Shown: piece after piece, positions 53,102 through 64,000 of the stretch
Layout: each line of letters starts with the position of its first letter
How positions within the stretch are numbered: position 1 is the first letter of the stretch
From: Rhizophagus irregularis
Taxonomy: Eukaryota
Direction: 5' to 3'
NCBI RefSeq assembly: GCF_026210795.1
Contig: NC_089430.1
Span: 5,828,001-5,892,000 of the forward strand
Length of the DNA: 64,000 nucleotides
Notes under the pieces: generated by a model
Databases searched by the model: none
Told to the model about the DNA's origin: nothing
Seen by the model: the letters and a program-made list of their open reading frames with translations, nothing else
Program-made: the position numbers and the translations under genes

Positions 53102-54448
53102 GAGAAGAATGCCGAATTTTATTAAATGAAAAATACTTTCAAATAATTTTTATTTCAGTCTAATTTTATTTGTAGGAACTACAATTTATATCTCATTCTA
53201 AAAAATTAGACTGTGAAAAAAATATTAAAATCTCGTTTAAACGCTAGTTAATAATAATATTAATTTTGTTTTCAATATTGCATCAATCAATTATCGAAAT
53301 TTTTTTCCACCTATTTATCAGGTAAGAGTAAAGTTATAACATTGGAAGATTTTATGACGCTTGAAATACATAATGTTTATAAATCTGGCATTCTGACTAC
53401 GACAATTATTAGTTCGTTATATCATATCATACCTTTGGATTTATAAATTTAAGGCGCAGATTAAATACCACTTCCAAAGAGCGTAATTTTTTTTTTTATT
53501 TGCTTAAATAAATCGGATACAATAAAGTATCATGATAGGTAGTATATTCAAATTACTTGTTGAAATTTTTTTTTAAGGACGATGGGTTGACCAAATGAAA
53601 AATTGAGGACTCTGAAAAAAAGTATAACGGAAAACTATTTTTCATTGTAGAAAAATAACTTCCGGAAAATTATGTCCTATTATGCTAACATTATGACAAC
53701 GCAATACCTGCAGATACATTGTTTATTTATTCGTCTGTGATCAATCAAAGTTAAATTCCTTAACATATGTGGTCACGAGCCTGTTCCATCACGGGATCGT
53801 CAGCAAATAAAATTGGTTTATCTTTTTTTTGCTCCAGACTCAACGGATTTCGTTTCCCAGTATAATCATTCATTAAATAAATATAATTATTTATATCTAA
53901 AAAATGTTATCTTTCATTTATTGAGAAATGACAATTTAAGCACATTGAACCTGGAAAGTTTAAAATCTTTTATATGGACTTTATAAGAAGCAGATTTCTT
54001 TATTGATGCATAATCTGCAACTTTTAAGTATTAAAATTATTGTATCTCTTTTTCTCAAATGGAAAATTGACTAATTTTTTTTACATTGAAGATGAATGAT
54101 CTGATAACTTGATGAACAATAGGTTATACTTAACTACTGTTGGTGATTTTTATTTTGAATAGGCTATTATCATGTCGATAGTTAAATTCAACTAAAACTA
54201 AACTAGTAGTGAAACCGCTAGTTAAAATTGTCAGTCATGTGGTGTAAATATTACCGCCGAATATGGAAAACGTTAAAAAACAACTAAACTAAAATCGGAA
54301 AGTCCGTATGGTTAATAAAATAAAGTTCTGACAAATTACTTTTTTTGGAAAATTTGTAACTAACGAAATAGGGGGTTTGTATCGGATCATTGTTATATTA
54401 GGAAATGCAAATATTTTACGATGGACAGCTATATAAATAAATGTTCTC

Positions 54449-54453
<5 letters not shown>

Positions 54454-54496
<43 letters not shown>

Positions 54497-54500
54497 TATA
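54454..54500. repeat. poly(A) plus (TA)n tract upstream of the peptidase
   Basis: About 27 A followed by 10 TA. Confidence 0.9.
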
Positions 54501-54559
54501 CAAATAACTGATAAAAATTAAAAATATATAATAAAATTTATTCATTCGATAATTTTAAT

Positions 54560-56639
54560 ATGATTTCAAATTCCGATTCATCATATTCTAAAGTCGAATC
54601 ATCACCTTATACTCCCGTTGTAATTAACGTTGAAAATGGTGAAGTGGTTCATCAGGTTAGAACAATATATGTTTTTATATAAATTGATTCATCATAAACT
54701 ATTATTGATGAGATAATATTTTTCTATTTATGTAACTTAGCGTATTTTATTAATTTATGGGCGTGCGGGTCCACAAGATATGAACTTTGAATCAAAGATT
54801 ACAGTTGAACATCATGTAAATAATTTTCCATCAACAACTTGGCAAGTTTTTAATTCTCATTTCAAATGTTTAGTACATTTAGATGCAGGTTTAAATAATA
54901 TTAAATTTATTCTTGATACATCACCATTTTCTTCTGATTCAAGACCATTAACAACAATATTTCAAGTAAATTATGTTCCATTATTACAAAATCCTCCATT
55001 AAATTTAGCAATTCTTGTAGCAAAAGATTCAAAAGAAATTATTGATGCTCCTGAAGAAAAAGAAAATTCCGGTGAAAATAAATTGGAAAGTGTTAAAGCA
55101 AAACTTCGTTGTGCAGGATATTTATGGCAAGCATTTACTGCAGAACAAATGAGTCGCAATGGATTTGGAAGAAGAGTTTTTAGATTAGATGAAGAATGGA
55201 CGGAAGATACGATTTCAAATCAAAATCCTGGATTAAGACAAACGGCAAAAATTCATATAATTCGTAGTTCATACACGTTAAAACAAATTTTAGATCCAGA
55301 TATAGCGCAACAAAATCCTAATGGAGTTGATGATAAAAAAAAAGATTTATATTCTATATTCATGGACAGTTTAAAAGAATATGGTGCTCCATTCGATAAA
55401 CAATGTTACGTTGCAGGATTAATTTTGGATTCTCATTATGATACTTCACCTAACATGGGATTCATTAGAGGTCATGCCGCATTAGGAGGTGGTTGGGATA
55501 ACATTCGACTAGGAATTTTTGGTAGTCATTTGACACATGCTTGGCCAAGATACCTTGAAGAAGTTGTTAGTTGTTTTCAAGATAATACCATCACAGATGA
55601 GAACAGATTGTCTAATGATGCAGGAGAAAGTGGAACATGGTGGAGATGTTGTAATATTGGAATTGGTGCATTTTTACATGAAGTCGGTCATTGTTTGACC
55701 GCACCTCATTCTCCAAGTGGAATTATGTCAAGAGGGTTTAATAATTTAAATCGTACATTTACGGTTAAAGAACCAAATAATCCTTTTCCAACGACACCAT
55801 CTGAAGAAGAAGGTGCACATTGGTATAGAAGTAATGTTATAAGATTTAGATATCATCCATGTTTCCGTTTGCCTTTTGAACCACCAGCAAAAATTGATCT
55901 TAAAAATATTGGAGCAGATTTTTGGATTTTAAATAAATTTTTATTAATTAAATGTTCCGCGGGAATTTCATTAATTGAAATTTATGTTAGAAATAATATT
56001 ATTGGTTATTTAGATTATTCTGATGAATATAATCAAACTGAAATTCGATTAAAGGTAGATGAAATTATTAAAAAATATGGTGGGAAATATAATATTATTA
56101 AAATGAATTTCGTAGCAAAGAATCAAACTGAAACTTTTTTACAAAATTTACAAAAATTTTCGGAAGAAAGTAAAATTATATTACCAATATATGGAAAAGT
56201 ATTTAAATCTAATTATTTGGGAAAACTTGATGAAAGTTTAACTGAATTTAAAATTTTATTTAAAAAATTTATTGATACTAAACCTATTACATTAAAAAGA
56301 ATGATTATTAAATATGATGTTTTTATCAATTCGATTACATTTTATTGGTCTGATAATACCAACTTACGTATTGGTATAGATGATGATGAAGGTATTAAAA
56401 AAGAATTTTTATTTGAAGAAGGAGAAAAAATTGTTAAAATTAAAGTTAATTCTGGTTGGTATATTGATGGATTTGAAATCAAAACTAATTTAGGTAGACG
56501 TAGTAAATGGTTTGGTGGTCATGGTGGTAGTAAGCATACATTAGAAGCACCTGATAATGAATATGAAATGATCGGTCTTTATGGTACTGGCAATTATTTT
56601 GTTAATACTTTAGGAATTATTTATAAAAAAATTTCGTAA
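54560..56639 (+). CDS. Putative zinc metallopeptidase (yeast YIL108W/Metallopep-like) with C-terminal jacalin-like domain (2 exons)
   Basis: MISNS..VVHQ|RILLIYGRAG; GHAALGGG, LGIFGSH, FLHEVGHCLTAPH (HExxHxxxxxH), GIMSRG; C-terminal GWYIDGFE..WFGGHGG. Confidence 0.88.
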
Positions 56640-57220
56640 ATTGAATAATTTTATGTATTTAATAATATTCGTCGGGTATTTCACGTTATTAAAAATATCG
56701 GGTATTATGGCCAAATTCAATCTTTTTACGATTTATATTCATTAACCAATGTATAATTTTTATCATATAAATAAAAAACACTTCAGTGTATCAAAAAAAA
56801 ATAAATTACATTTTTTTCCAAAAAAGAGAAAATTCGGTCATCGATAAAGTTATTTAAAAGCCAAAACATACTGGACTGATTTTTTGGAATGCTACGCACC
56901 TGATAGCTGCACCCTCGTTTGCCATAGACCGGTCTAGGCCTTTCCTTTTTGGTATAAAGATATATGTAACTCACTGGATAAATATATGTCCTTTGGTCAT
57001 TCCAAAAATGATTTATGGTTAGCGTGATTGAAAATCGTGTGTACAAGTGTGTCATCCTAATGGCCATATTCGGATACATTTGGTTGCCTTTTTGAAACAA
57101 TACTTGCATCGGAAAAACTCATTCTGCGCCAATAACGATTTCTATTTAATCGCTGCTTCTAAATTTCTGATTAATTACCACTTCTCTTTTGTGAATAATT
57201 TTTTCCACATTCGAATAACC

Positions 57221-58411
57221 ATGGCAGACGCTATGTAAGGAATATGCATAATCTGTTACCGGAAATTCTTATTTCTTAATACTTACCTATTTTCACTCTT
57301 TAGACCTAAACCTCCACCGTTGCAAATCAATGCACCAGTCATACTCTTAGTTGGAAAAACGGGTATGCCTTGATATCGTATCTTTATTTTCGGTCATTTC
57401 TTTTTTTTTCATTGTACATTTGTTTGTAAGGCGCTGGTAAAAGCACTTTGGGAAATTTATTGTTGAAAACCTCTGAAGATGAAAACCCAACTTTCCATGT
57501 TTCCGACAGCTTTGTAAGTAAAAAATATATGTATATAAATAGGGTATTTGTAACTATATTGGTTTTTAACTCTCGAAATTGATTAGTCATCCGTTACTAA
57601 AGAATCTAGTTCTGCGAGTTACGAAATTGGGGACGAAGTTTACAATATTATCGACACGCCAGGGATTTTTGACACTGACGATCCCACCGAAGATATCTTA
57701 GAAGAAATCGCTCGCACCATCCAAAAGTGCGCTTATGGAGTCAGAGCCATATTATTTGTATTTGGTGAGTGAGAATACTGATAATTAAGTTTATGATGAG
57801 ACTAAATTAGAAACATTGTTAAAATGCTGTTTACAGAAGCCAAACGATTCACGAATGAACAAAAGAATACGCTCAATGGAATAACAATGTTTCTTGGAGA
57901 AGAGTCTATCCAATACATGATTTCTGTCTTTTCACATTGTAACAAAAAGCAGACTAAGGATCCAGAATATTTTAAAAATTCTTGCTGGAATGATCCAGTT
58001 AAGGATTTTGTCGATTCCATGAATAATCGGTGGGCTATTTCTCCGAATGCAGATGACTTTCCTCCCGATAATCTTGTGCATAAACAACGCCTCAAAGAAT
58101 TGAAAAAACATATCAACTATAATATAAATGGAGTGTATACAAATAACCTTTTCGAAAAGGCTCGGAAAAAGCAAGAAGAAAATGAAAGAAAAGAGAGAGA
58201 AGCAGAAGAGGAACGAAAAAAAGAATATGAAAAAAATTTAATGAGTAAAGGTGAAGCCCTTGCAAAAAAGTACTACGAGGAACAGAGGAAAAAAGATGAA
58301 GAAAAATTTCTTGAAGAAAAAGAAAAGGAAATTACGAGTATTAAAAACGAATTTCAAGGTGTAATAGATACGCTAAAGGGGGGAACCGGGGGATATTGCC
58401 AAATAGTATAA
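57221..58411 (+). CDS. AIG1/GIMAP-family GTPase with coiled coil and C-terminal CaaX (CQIV)
   Basis: MADAI|PKPP..ILLVGKTG|AGKSTLGN; IDTPGIFD; GVRAILFVF|EAKRFT; ends GGTGGYCQIV*. Confidence 0.87.
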
Positions 58412-58803
58412 CACTACCAGCTTATTTAGAATTTTACATAATAATGATATCTAAGTTTTAGTTTTTATGTGAATTCTAAAAAAAATGAAAGAATTAATCT
58501 TAAAAAACAGTACTTTCAAATTTTACATTATAAAACATTTTAATTTTATATTGTTTGAAAGCTATTTGGAGAATATATATATGTGAATTTTTATGGGTTT
58601 ATCCTTTTTTAGAACATTAGTTATCGAAAAAATAAAATATTGTCCAAAAATTTTTGTCAGAAATTTTAATTACTATGTATAAATTTTAGAAGCATGAAAA
58701 TTCGACTCTATATTATTTAGAATCTATGTTATTGCATAATAAAATTTCAATATTACATTTTGAGTAATTAACAAAGATAAAGTCTGTACTTTTGTCCAGG
58801 TAG

Positions 58804-59133
58804 TTGTCATTGCAAAGGCGAACTACGAAAGGCAGGGGCAGAAGATGAAATAATAGCAAGTGAAAAACGTAATAAGGACCTTGAGAATATTACAATCAAT
58901 CAACGTCTGATCAAAAAATAAAATCTAACTGAAAAATCAAAAACAATAGTTGTTTCTGGCTCGAAATACAAGCTAAGCTAGAATCATTAAAATGTCAGAG
59001 CTTCAAATAGTGTTATAAACATCAGAAATGATATTGCAGAATTCCCAGAAGTGCCTTATCGCTCATATTGGTAAATTAGATCATGAAGCGAAGTTTGCTA
59101 AAGTCAGCTTCACCAGGCCGGATGTTTCTAAAG
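58804..59133 (+). pseudogene. Decayed copy of the coiled-coil/Hint-coding segment
   Basis: Aligns by eye to 60689-61106 (ATTGCAAAGGCGAACTACGA; AGTTGTTTCTGG; CTTATCGCTCATATTGGTAAA; GGATGTTTCTAAAG), with deletions and frameshifts. Confidence 0.8.
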
Positions 59134-59688
59134 TCATTTCATTTTGAATTAACTGTATTAACTGTTGGTTTAACCGTTACCGCAGTATGCACGTGACTTC
59201 GTTTAACCTATAAATTTGCATGAATATATTTCAGTGGATTATCAGATAAATGTTTACGTCTCAGAGAGTCATTTAATATTAAAATTGTCATAATGTAGAA
59301 AAATTCTTTAACCACCTATTTATTATCGTTATAATAATAAAATTTAAGCCATAAAAAAAAAAAAATTGTGACACAAAACGTAGTATGATTTTGTGTGTGA
59401 CTTATTGTCATACAATTTTCAATTTTTTTGCCATTCGTTATAATTTGTGCGACATTTTCAAATACTTTTATGGCTGTTGTACTCTTATTCTATTTTAATG
59501 GATACAATTAATAGCCTTTTAAGAATTACAGTTTAGAACAATATTTACTCTCAAACGAATGTACAATCCTTCGAACATTTTGTGTAACAACGATTTCTTA
59601 TTTAAAAACCTGCTTCTACTTCCGATTAATACTTCTTTTCATCATTGTTGGTGAATCAACGATATATTTTCAGCTCGAAACAATAACC

Positions 59689-61677
59689 ATGATATTAAGT
59701 CCTCCGTTAGTTATCAACGCACCGGTAATACTCTTAGTTGGAAAAACGGGTATGCACTAACATAATGTCTTTCTTTCAGTCATTTCTTTTTTTTTTTTAA
59801 TTGAAAGTAAATTATACATTTATTGTAAGGCGCCGGTAAAAGCACATTAGGAAATTTAATGTTAAGAACGTCTGAAAATGAAAATCCTACCTTTTTTGTT
59901 TCCGATAGCTTTGTAAATATAAAATATATATATTCATGACATTAATATACTGTAATGTTAGTTACTGCATATTCATTTATATTTATTTTCTAACTTCTCA
60001 AATCTTCCGAAATTGAATGACTAGTTATCTGCCACCAAAAACTCTTGTTCCGCGAATTATAAAATTAATGAAGAAACATACAACATTGTCGACACTCCAG
60101 GGGTTTTTGATACTGAAGATCTCGACACAGTTATCTTGGAAGAAATCGCTCGCACTATCCAAAAGTGTGCCTATGGAGTCAAGGCCATATTATTCGTGGT
60201 TGGTCAGTAGAAGTATAGTTGACTATTTTCACGGTAGAACTTAAATTAAATGCATGTATAAAATTATAGAAGCAAAACGGTTCACGAATGAACAAAAGGA
60301 AATGATCAACAGAATATTGTTATTTCTTGGAAAAGAGGCCTCCCGATACATGATTTCTGTTTTCTCGCATTGTAACGCTAAACAGACTAAGGATCTCGAA
60401 TATTTTAAAAGATATTGCTGGAATGATCCAGTTAAGGCTTTCGTCAATTCCGTTGGTAATCGGTGGGCCATTTCTCCTAATCCAGACATTTTCCCGCCCG
60501 ATGATCCAGTGCATGAAGAATGTCTCAAAGAATTGCAAGAACGCATCACCTCTATAGATGGAGTGTATACAAATGACCTTTTCGAGAAGACTCGGAGAGA
60601 GCAAGAAGAAAATGAAAGAAAAGCAAGAGAAGCAGAAGAGAAGCGGCAAAGAGAATACGATGAACTTAGAAGAAGAGAAGGAGAAGCTATTGCAAGAGCG
60701 AACTACGAGAGGCAGAGGGTAGAAGATGAGAGAAGAGCAAATGAAGCTCGGAATAGAGAACTTCAGGATATCAAAAACACACTACGTGAACAAATATCAA
60801 GACTAGACGAAAGAATGACTGAACTTTCCAAAGCCAACGAATATCTTACCAACAGAAATAATCAACTTTCCGACGAAATAAATGAACTCAAAAACAAAAG
60901 TTGTTTCTGGCCTGAAACACAAATTAAGCTCGAATCAGGAAGGATCATTCAAATGTCAGAACTTCAAATAGGGGACCGAGTGTTGTCAAACATAAGGAAT
61001 GGTGTTGCAGAATTCTCAGATGTTTACCTTATCGCTCATATTGGTAAACTCGATCATAAAGCAAAGTTTGCCAAAGTGAACTTTACCAAACCGGATGGAT
61101 CTAAAGGCAATTTTTTTAGTCAATTTTATTACAAATATTAATTATTCATTTACAGTATATTCATTTTAGTGTAATTTTTTTTTTTAGGTCAATTACTGTT
61201 AACGACCACTCACTACGTCTTTGACGAAAATTTATCAATTATATTTGCTAAAAATCTTCGTCCCGGAGAAACAAGAATTTTGGTATCAGATGATGGCAAT
61301 AGGCTAGTTCCAGTATTTGTGGATAATATAACAAATGTGAGTTTGAATCTACATTATAATTTTCATTAAAGATTGTAAAAATTATTTTTCTTGATAGTTA
61401 ACTGATATTTATACAGGAATGGCGTGACAAATATATTAGCTTTTACACACGAGCTGGATCAGTAATTGCCAATGGCGTGCTTAGTTCCTGTTACGATCAT
61501 TGTCCACCGTCTCAAATGCTTATGGATCTAGTTTTTTTACCAGTTCGTTGGTGGACTCGTATAATTCCAAGTACACATCGTGAAGAACGACTTCACCCAT
61601 ATGTTCAGTTCTTAGAAACAGCGTATCTTTCATTTATTAACGCTATGAAAAAGAGTAAACGACTTACTAATAACTAA
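59689..61677 (+). CDS. GIN1: GIN1-like protein: AIG1 GTPase + coiled coil + hedgehog-type Hint/Hog autoprocessing domain (6 exons)
   Basis: GKTG|AGKS and VDTPGVFD; Hint start KS|CFWPETQI..MSELQIGDRV (Cys codon at 60902); LTTTH; YTRAGSVIANGVLSSCY; SRR-like FLPVRW..LHPYVQFL. The architecture matches GmGIN1 of Glomus mosseae; orthology is not tested. Confidence 0.85.
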
Positions 61678-62320
61678 ATTCAGATTTTAGCAGGCGCCAA
61701 AATTGCAATACATATAAATTGATAATTATTTCAGTAAATTAGTAGCGTGTATACACCAATTAAATAAAGATCTAATTGTCAATGGTTTTTTTTTTCATTA
61801 TATTATTATATTAACGTAAAATAATATTTTTATCACTGTTTTCAATTTAATGTAACACCCCATAAAAACAATCAATTTTTAAAAAATTGTGAATAATCAT
61901 CTAGAAAAGGGTTGATTGCCTATGATTACCGGGGAAATTATGGAAATTCCAAATTATTTGAGTAGTTTACTTATAAAAAACGGCTATTGTTACACAAAGT
62001 TAAAAAACTTGCTTATAAGTAAACTACTCGAAAATTGAGATTTTTCTATAATTTCCACTGGTATTCACAGGTTATCTAAATGATTTTTTAGAAAAATCAT
62101 GGGTATTCACAAATTTTTGATAATCATATTTTTATAGGAGCGCTAGCTGTGATCGCACTAAATTAAAAACAGCAATAAAAGTTATTTTAACATACAAATA
62201 GTAAAGAATTTTTTCGAATAATGATATTTTTTAATAAGAATATTAAAATTGTAATCAAAACTAGAAAAACGGAAACAATTATAGTTCCGTCGTAACCGAA
62301 GTGGCGCAGTACACGTTCAA

Positions 62321-62565
62321 TGACTTTCCCAGCGTAACCTGAAAAAAATGTCACGAAAAAATCACGTGACTTTTTTGTCACAACTGTCACACCCCACTGC
62401 GTTTCCATTTTCTATAAGTATCTGAGGGACTTAGTTTTTTTCGAGTAGGTAAAAACTTATTCGTCACACCTTATTCGTCACAAGTGCGCCACACTTAATT
62501 TCAGTCAAGTTGCGTAATGCCGGCCATTTCATGACATTTTTTTCAGGTTACGCTAGGGAAGTCAC
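62321..62565. mobile_element. MITE-like repeat with an inverted repeat of about 38 bp
   Basis: TGACTTTCCCAGCGTAACCTGAAAAAAATGTCACGAAA ... TTTCATGACATTTTTTTCAGGTTACGCTAGGGAAGTCA; part of it is shared with 30644-30770. Confidence 0.6.
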
Positions 62566-63269
62566 GTTCAATCATTCGTTACATACTGTAAGTATATTCA
62601 GGGGATAGTACGATTTTTTGTGAGATCATGGTAGACCGTCTATTCGTGGTTATACAGTATAAACAACTTAAAATTTAATAATAAACTGTTAAATTAGGCA
62701 TGATCTTGAAGTAGCATGCATAATATTTTTTACCCCATATAATAACTATAATTTATTAAAACGACTCTGGAGATAGTCTTCCGCTTCAATTAAAACCATT
62801 TAATATTAAAAATTGTCACGATTCATTAAACCACCTATTTAACTGTAATATAGTAAATTTCACAAGCTACGTAGTAAATTTTGATGCTAAGTACTTGTTG
62901 GGTACTCAGCTACTCGGATTTCCGGAAAACTGAAAAATAAACAATAAGACCAGGGATAACCGTCCATGTTCGTCATCTTTTGTAAGAGAATTATCAGCAA
63001 AAATTATTCCATTTAATAATTTTTGTTGATTGGTTAAGTCGTATTATCAAACGACCCTAGCATTACCATGGTAGCCGGATCTGTTGCCAGGTTACACATG
63101 ATCTGCGAACATGATCTGGACGATTATTTTTGGTAATTATAAAACTTTTATTGATCTTTTACACCACACAGTCACACACCACCTTTCTTTCTTTTACGAA
63201 ATATTTTTCTAAAAAATTGTTAACATATCATATCAACAACAAAATAAGGTTTGTAAAGGGTGTCTTATA

Positions 63270-64000
63270 CAGTCAAACCTCAATGTACCGATACAGTTGT
63301 TTTGGGGGAATTGTATCGGTATATCATATTATCGGTATATTATAAATTTATATATATTATGTGAAATTTATATCGTCGATCAATTTATTATAAAATTAGA
63401 TATAAAATTCGTATTATTATTATTAAAACGATAGATTTAACCAATATTTATTAGTATTTGTATATTAAGAAACAAAAATATCAGCGTAAATATTACACAA
63501 TTTGAATAAAATGATCCAATGTAGTTTGTTTTAGGCTATTAATATGTGATTTTAAAACTTTATGTCTTAGTTTTCGTAATAAACTTGTTTCATTTGGATC
63601 AATAGAAATATCTAATGAATATTCAAAAAATAAAACAAGATTATCCAAATTATCTAGAGCTTCCGTTTTTGAAATTACCTTTGGAGATTCTTCAATTGGA
63701 TCCGTTTTTGGTTCATCATCATTTGATTTTATTATGGATACAATTTCTTCATCAGTCAGCCCTCCATCAACTTGTAAACGATCATCGATATGAAGGAATT
63801 CTTCCGCATCCATAGGATCATCATATGGAAGTTGGTCGATAAGTTCTTGTAATTCTATTTCATTGTAAGCTTCTTGATCAGCTTGATCTTCATTTTCTTC
63901 GCCTTCATCAATTTCATCTTGTGGAAGAATTCCTGTATGCCTCCAACAGTTAACAATTGTTCGTTGACTTACAAAATCCCAAGCTTCTTTACTAAAATTA
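63270..64000 (-). mobile_element. pogo/Tigger (Tc1-mariner superfamily) transposon end, runs off the window
   Basis: TA|CAGTCAAACCTC terminus at 63268-63281, with the transposase 3' end pointing towards it. Confidence 0.75.
63493..64000 (-). CDS. pogo/Tigger/CENP-B-like transposase, C-terminal part (5' truncated by the window)
   Basis: EAWDFVSQRTIVNCWRHTGIL, an acidic tract, LTDEEIV and KQTTLDHF. Confidence 0.82.
   Translation of the reverse strand, partial: NFSKEAWDFVSQRTIVNCWRHTGILPQDEIDEGEENEDQADQEAYNEIELQELIDQLPYDDPMDAEEFLHIDDRLQVDGGLTDEEIVSIIKSNDDEPKTDPIEESPKVISKTEALDNLDNLVLFFEYSLDISIDPNETSLLRKLRHKVLKSHINSLKQTTLDHFIQIV

Noticed and set aside
60902..61500. Intein or true hedgehog gene
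   Set aside because: There is no C-terminal His-Asn plus extein and no Hedge domain. It is a Hog-type Hint fused to an AIG1 GTPase.

Overview
AT-rich, intron-containing eukaryotic DNA. The gene families seen (TKL kinases with WTSGN/LEWIPY repeats, Crinkler-like relics, AIG1-Hint) point to an arbuscular mycorrhizal fungus (Glomeromycotina, Rhizophagus-like); this taxonomic call is inference. The dominant structure is a complete 18.4-kb KDZ/Zisupton-type DNA transposon (2427-20843). It has an exact 8-bp target-site duplication (TGATTCCG), about 186 bp of perfect terminal inverted repeat, and 1.3-1.6 kb arrays of a 55-bp double-palindrome unit at each end. It carries three spliced genes (KDZ transposase, an orphan protein preceded by six ACGCGT boxes, an HMG-like protein) plus decayed LINE and MITE cargo. 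Outside it are three AIG1/GIMAP-type GTPases. One is GIN1-like with a full Hint/Hog autoprocessing domain, and its tandem paralog ends in a CaaX box followed by a decayed Hint exon. Also present: a kinase with 12 tandem one-exon N-lobe modules, a broken paralogous kinase, an RNAi RdRP, a Crinkler-like pseudogene (about 8x tandem amplification and a clean 459-bp inversion), a zinc metallopeptidase-jacalin gene, several MITE families and the end of a pogo/Tigger element. Exon boundaries were read by eye and are approximate; no database searches were run.
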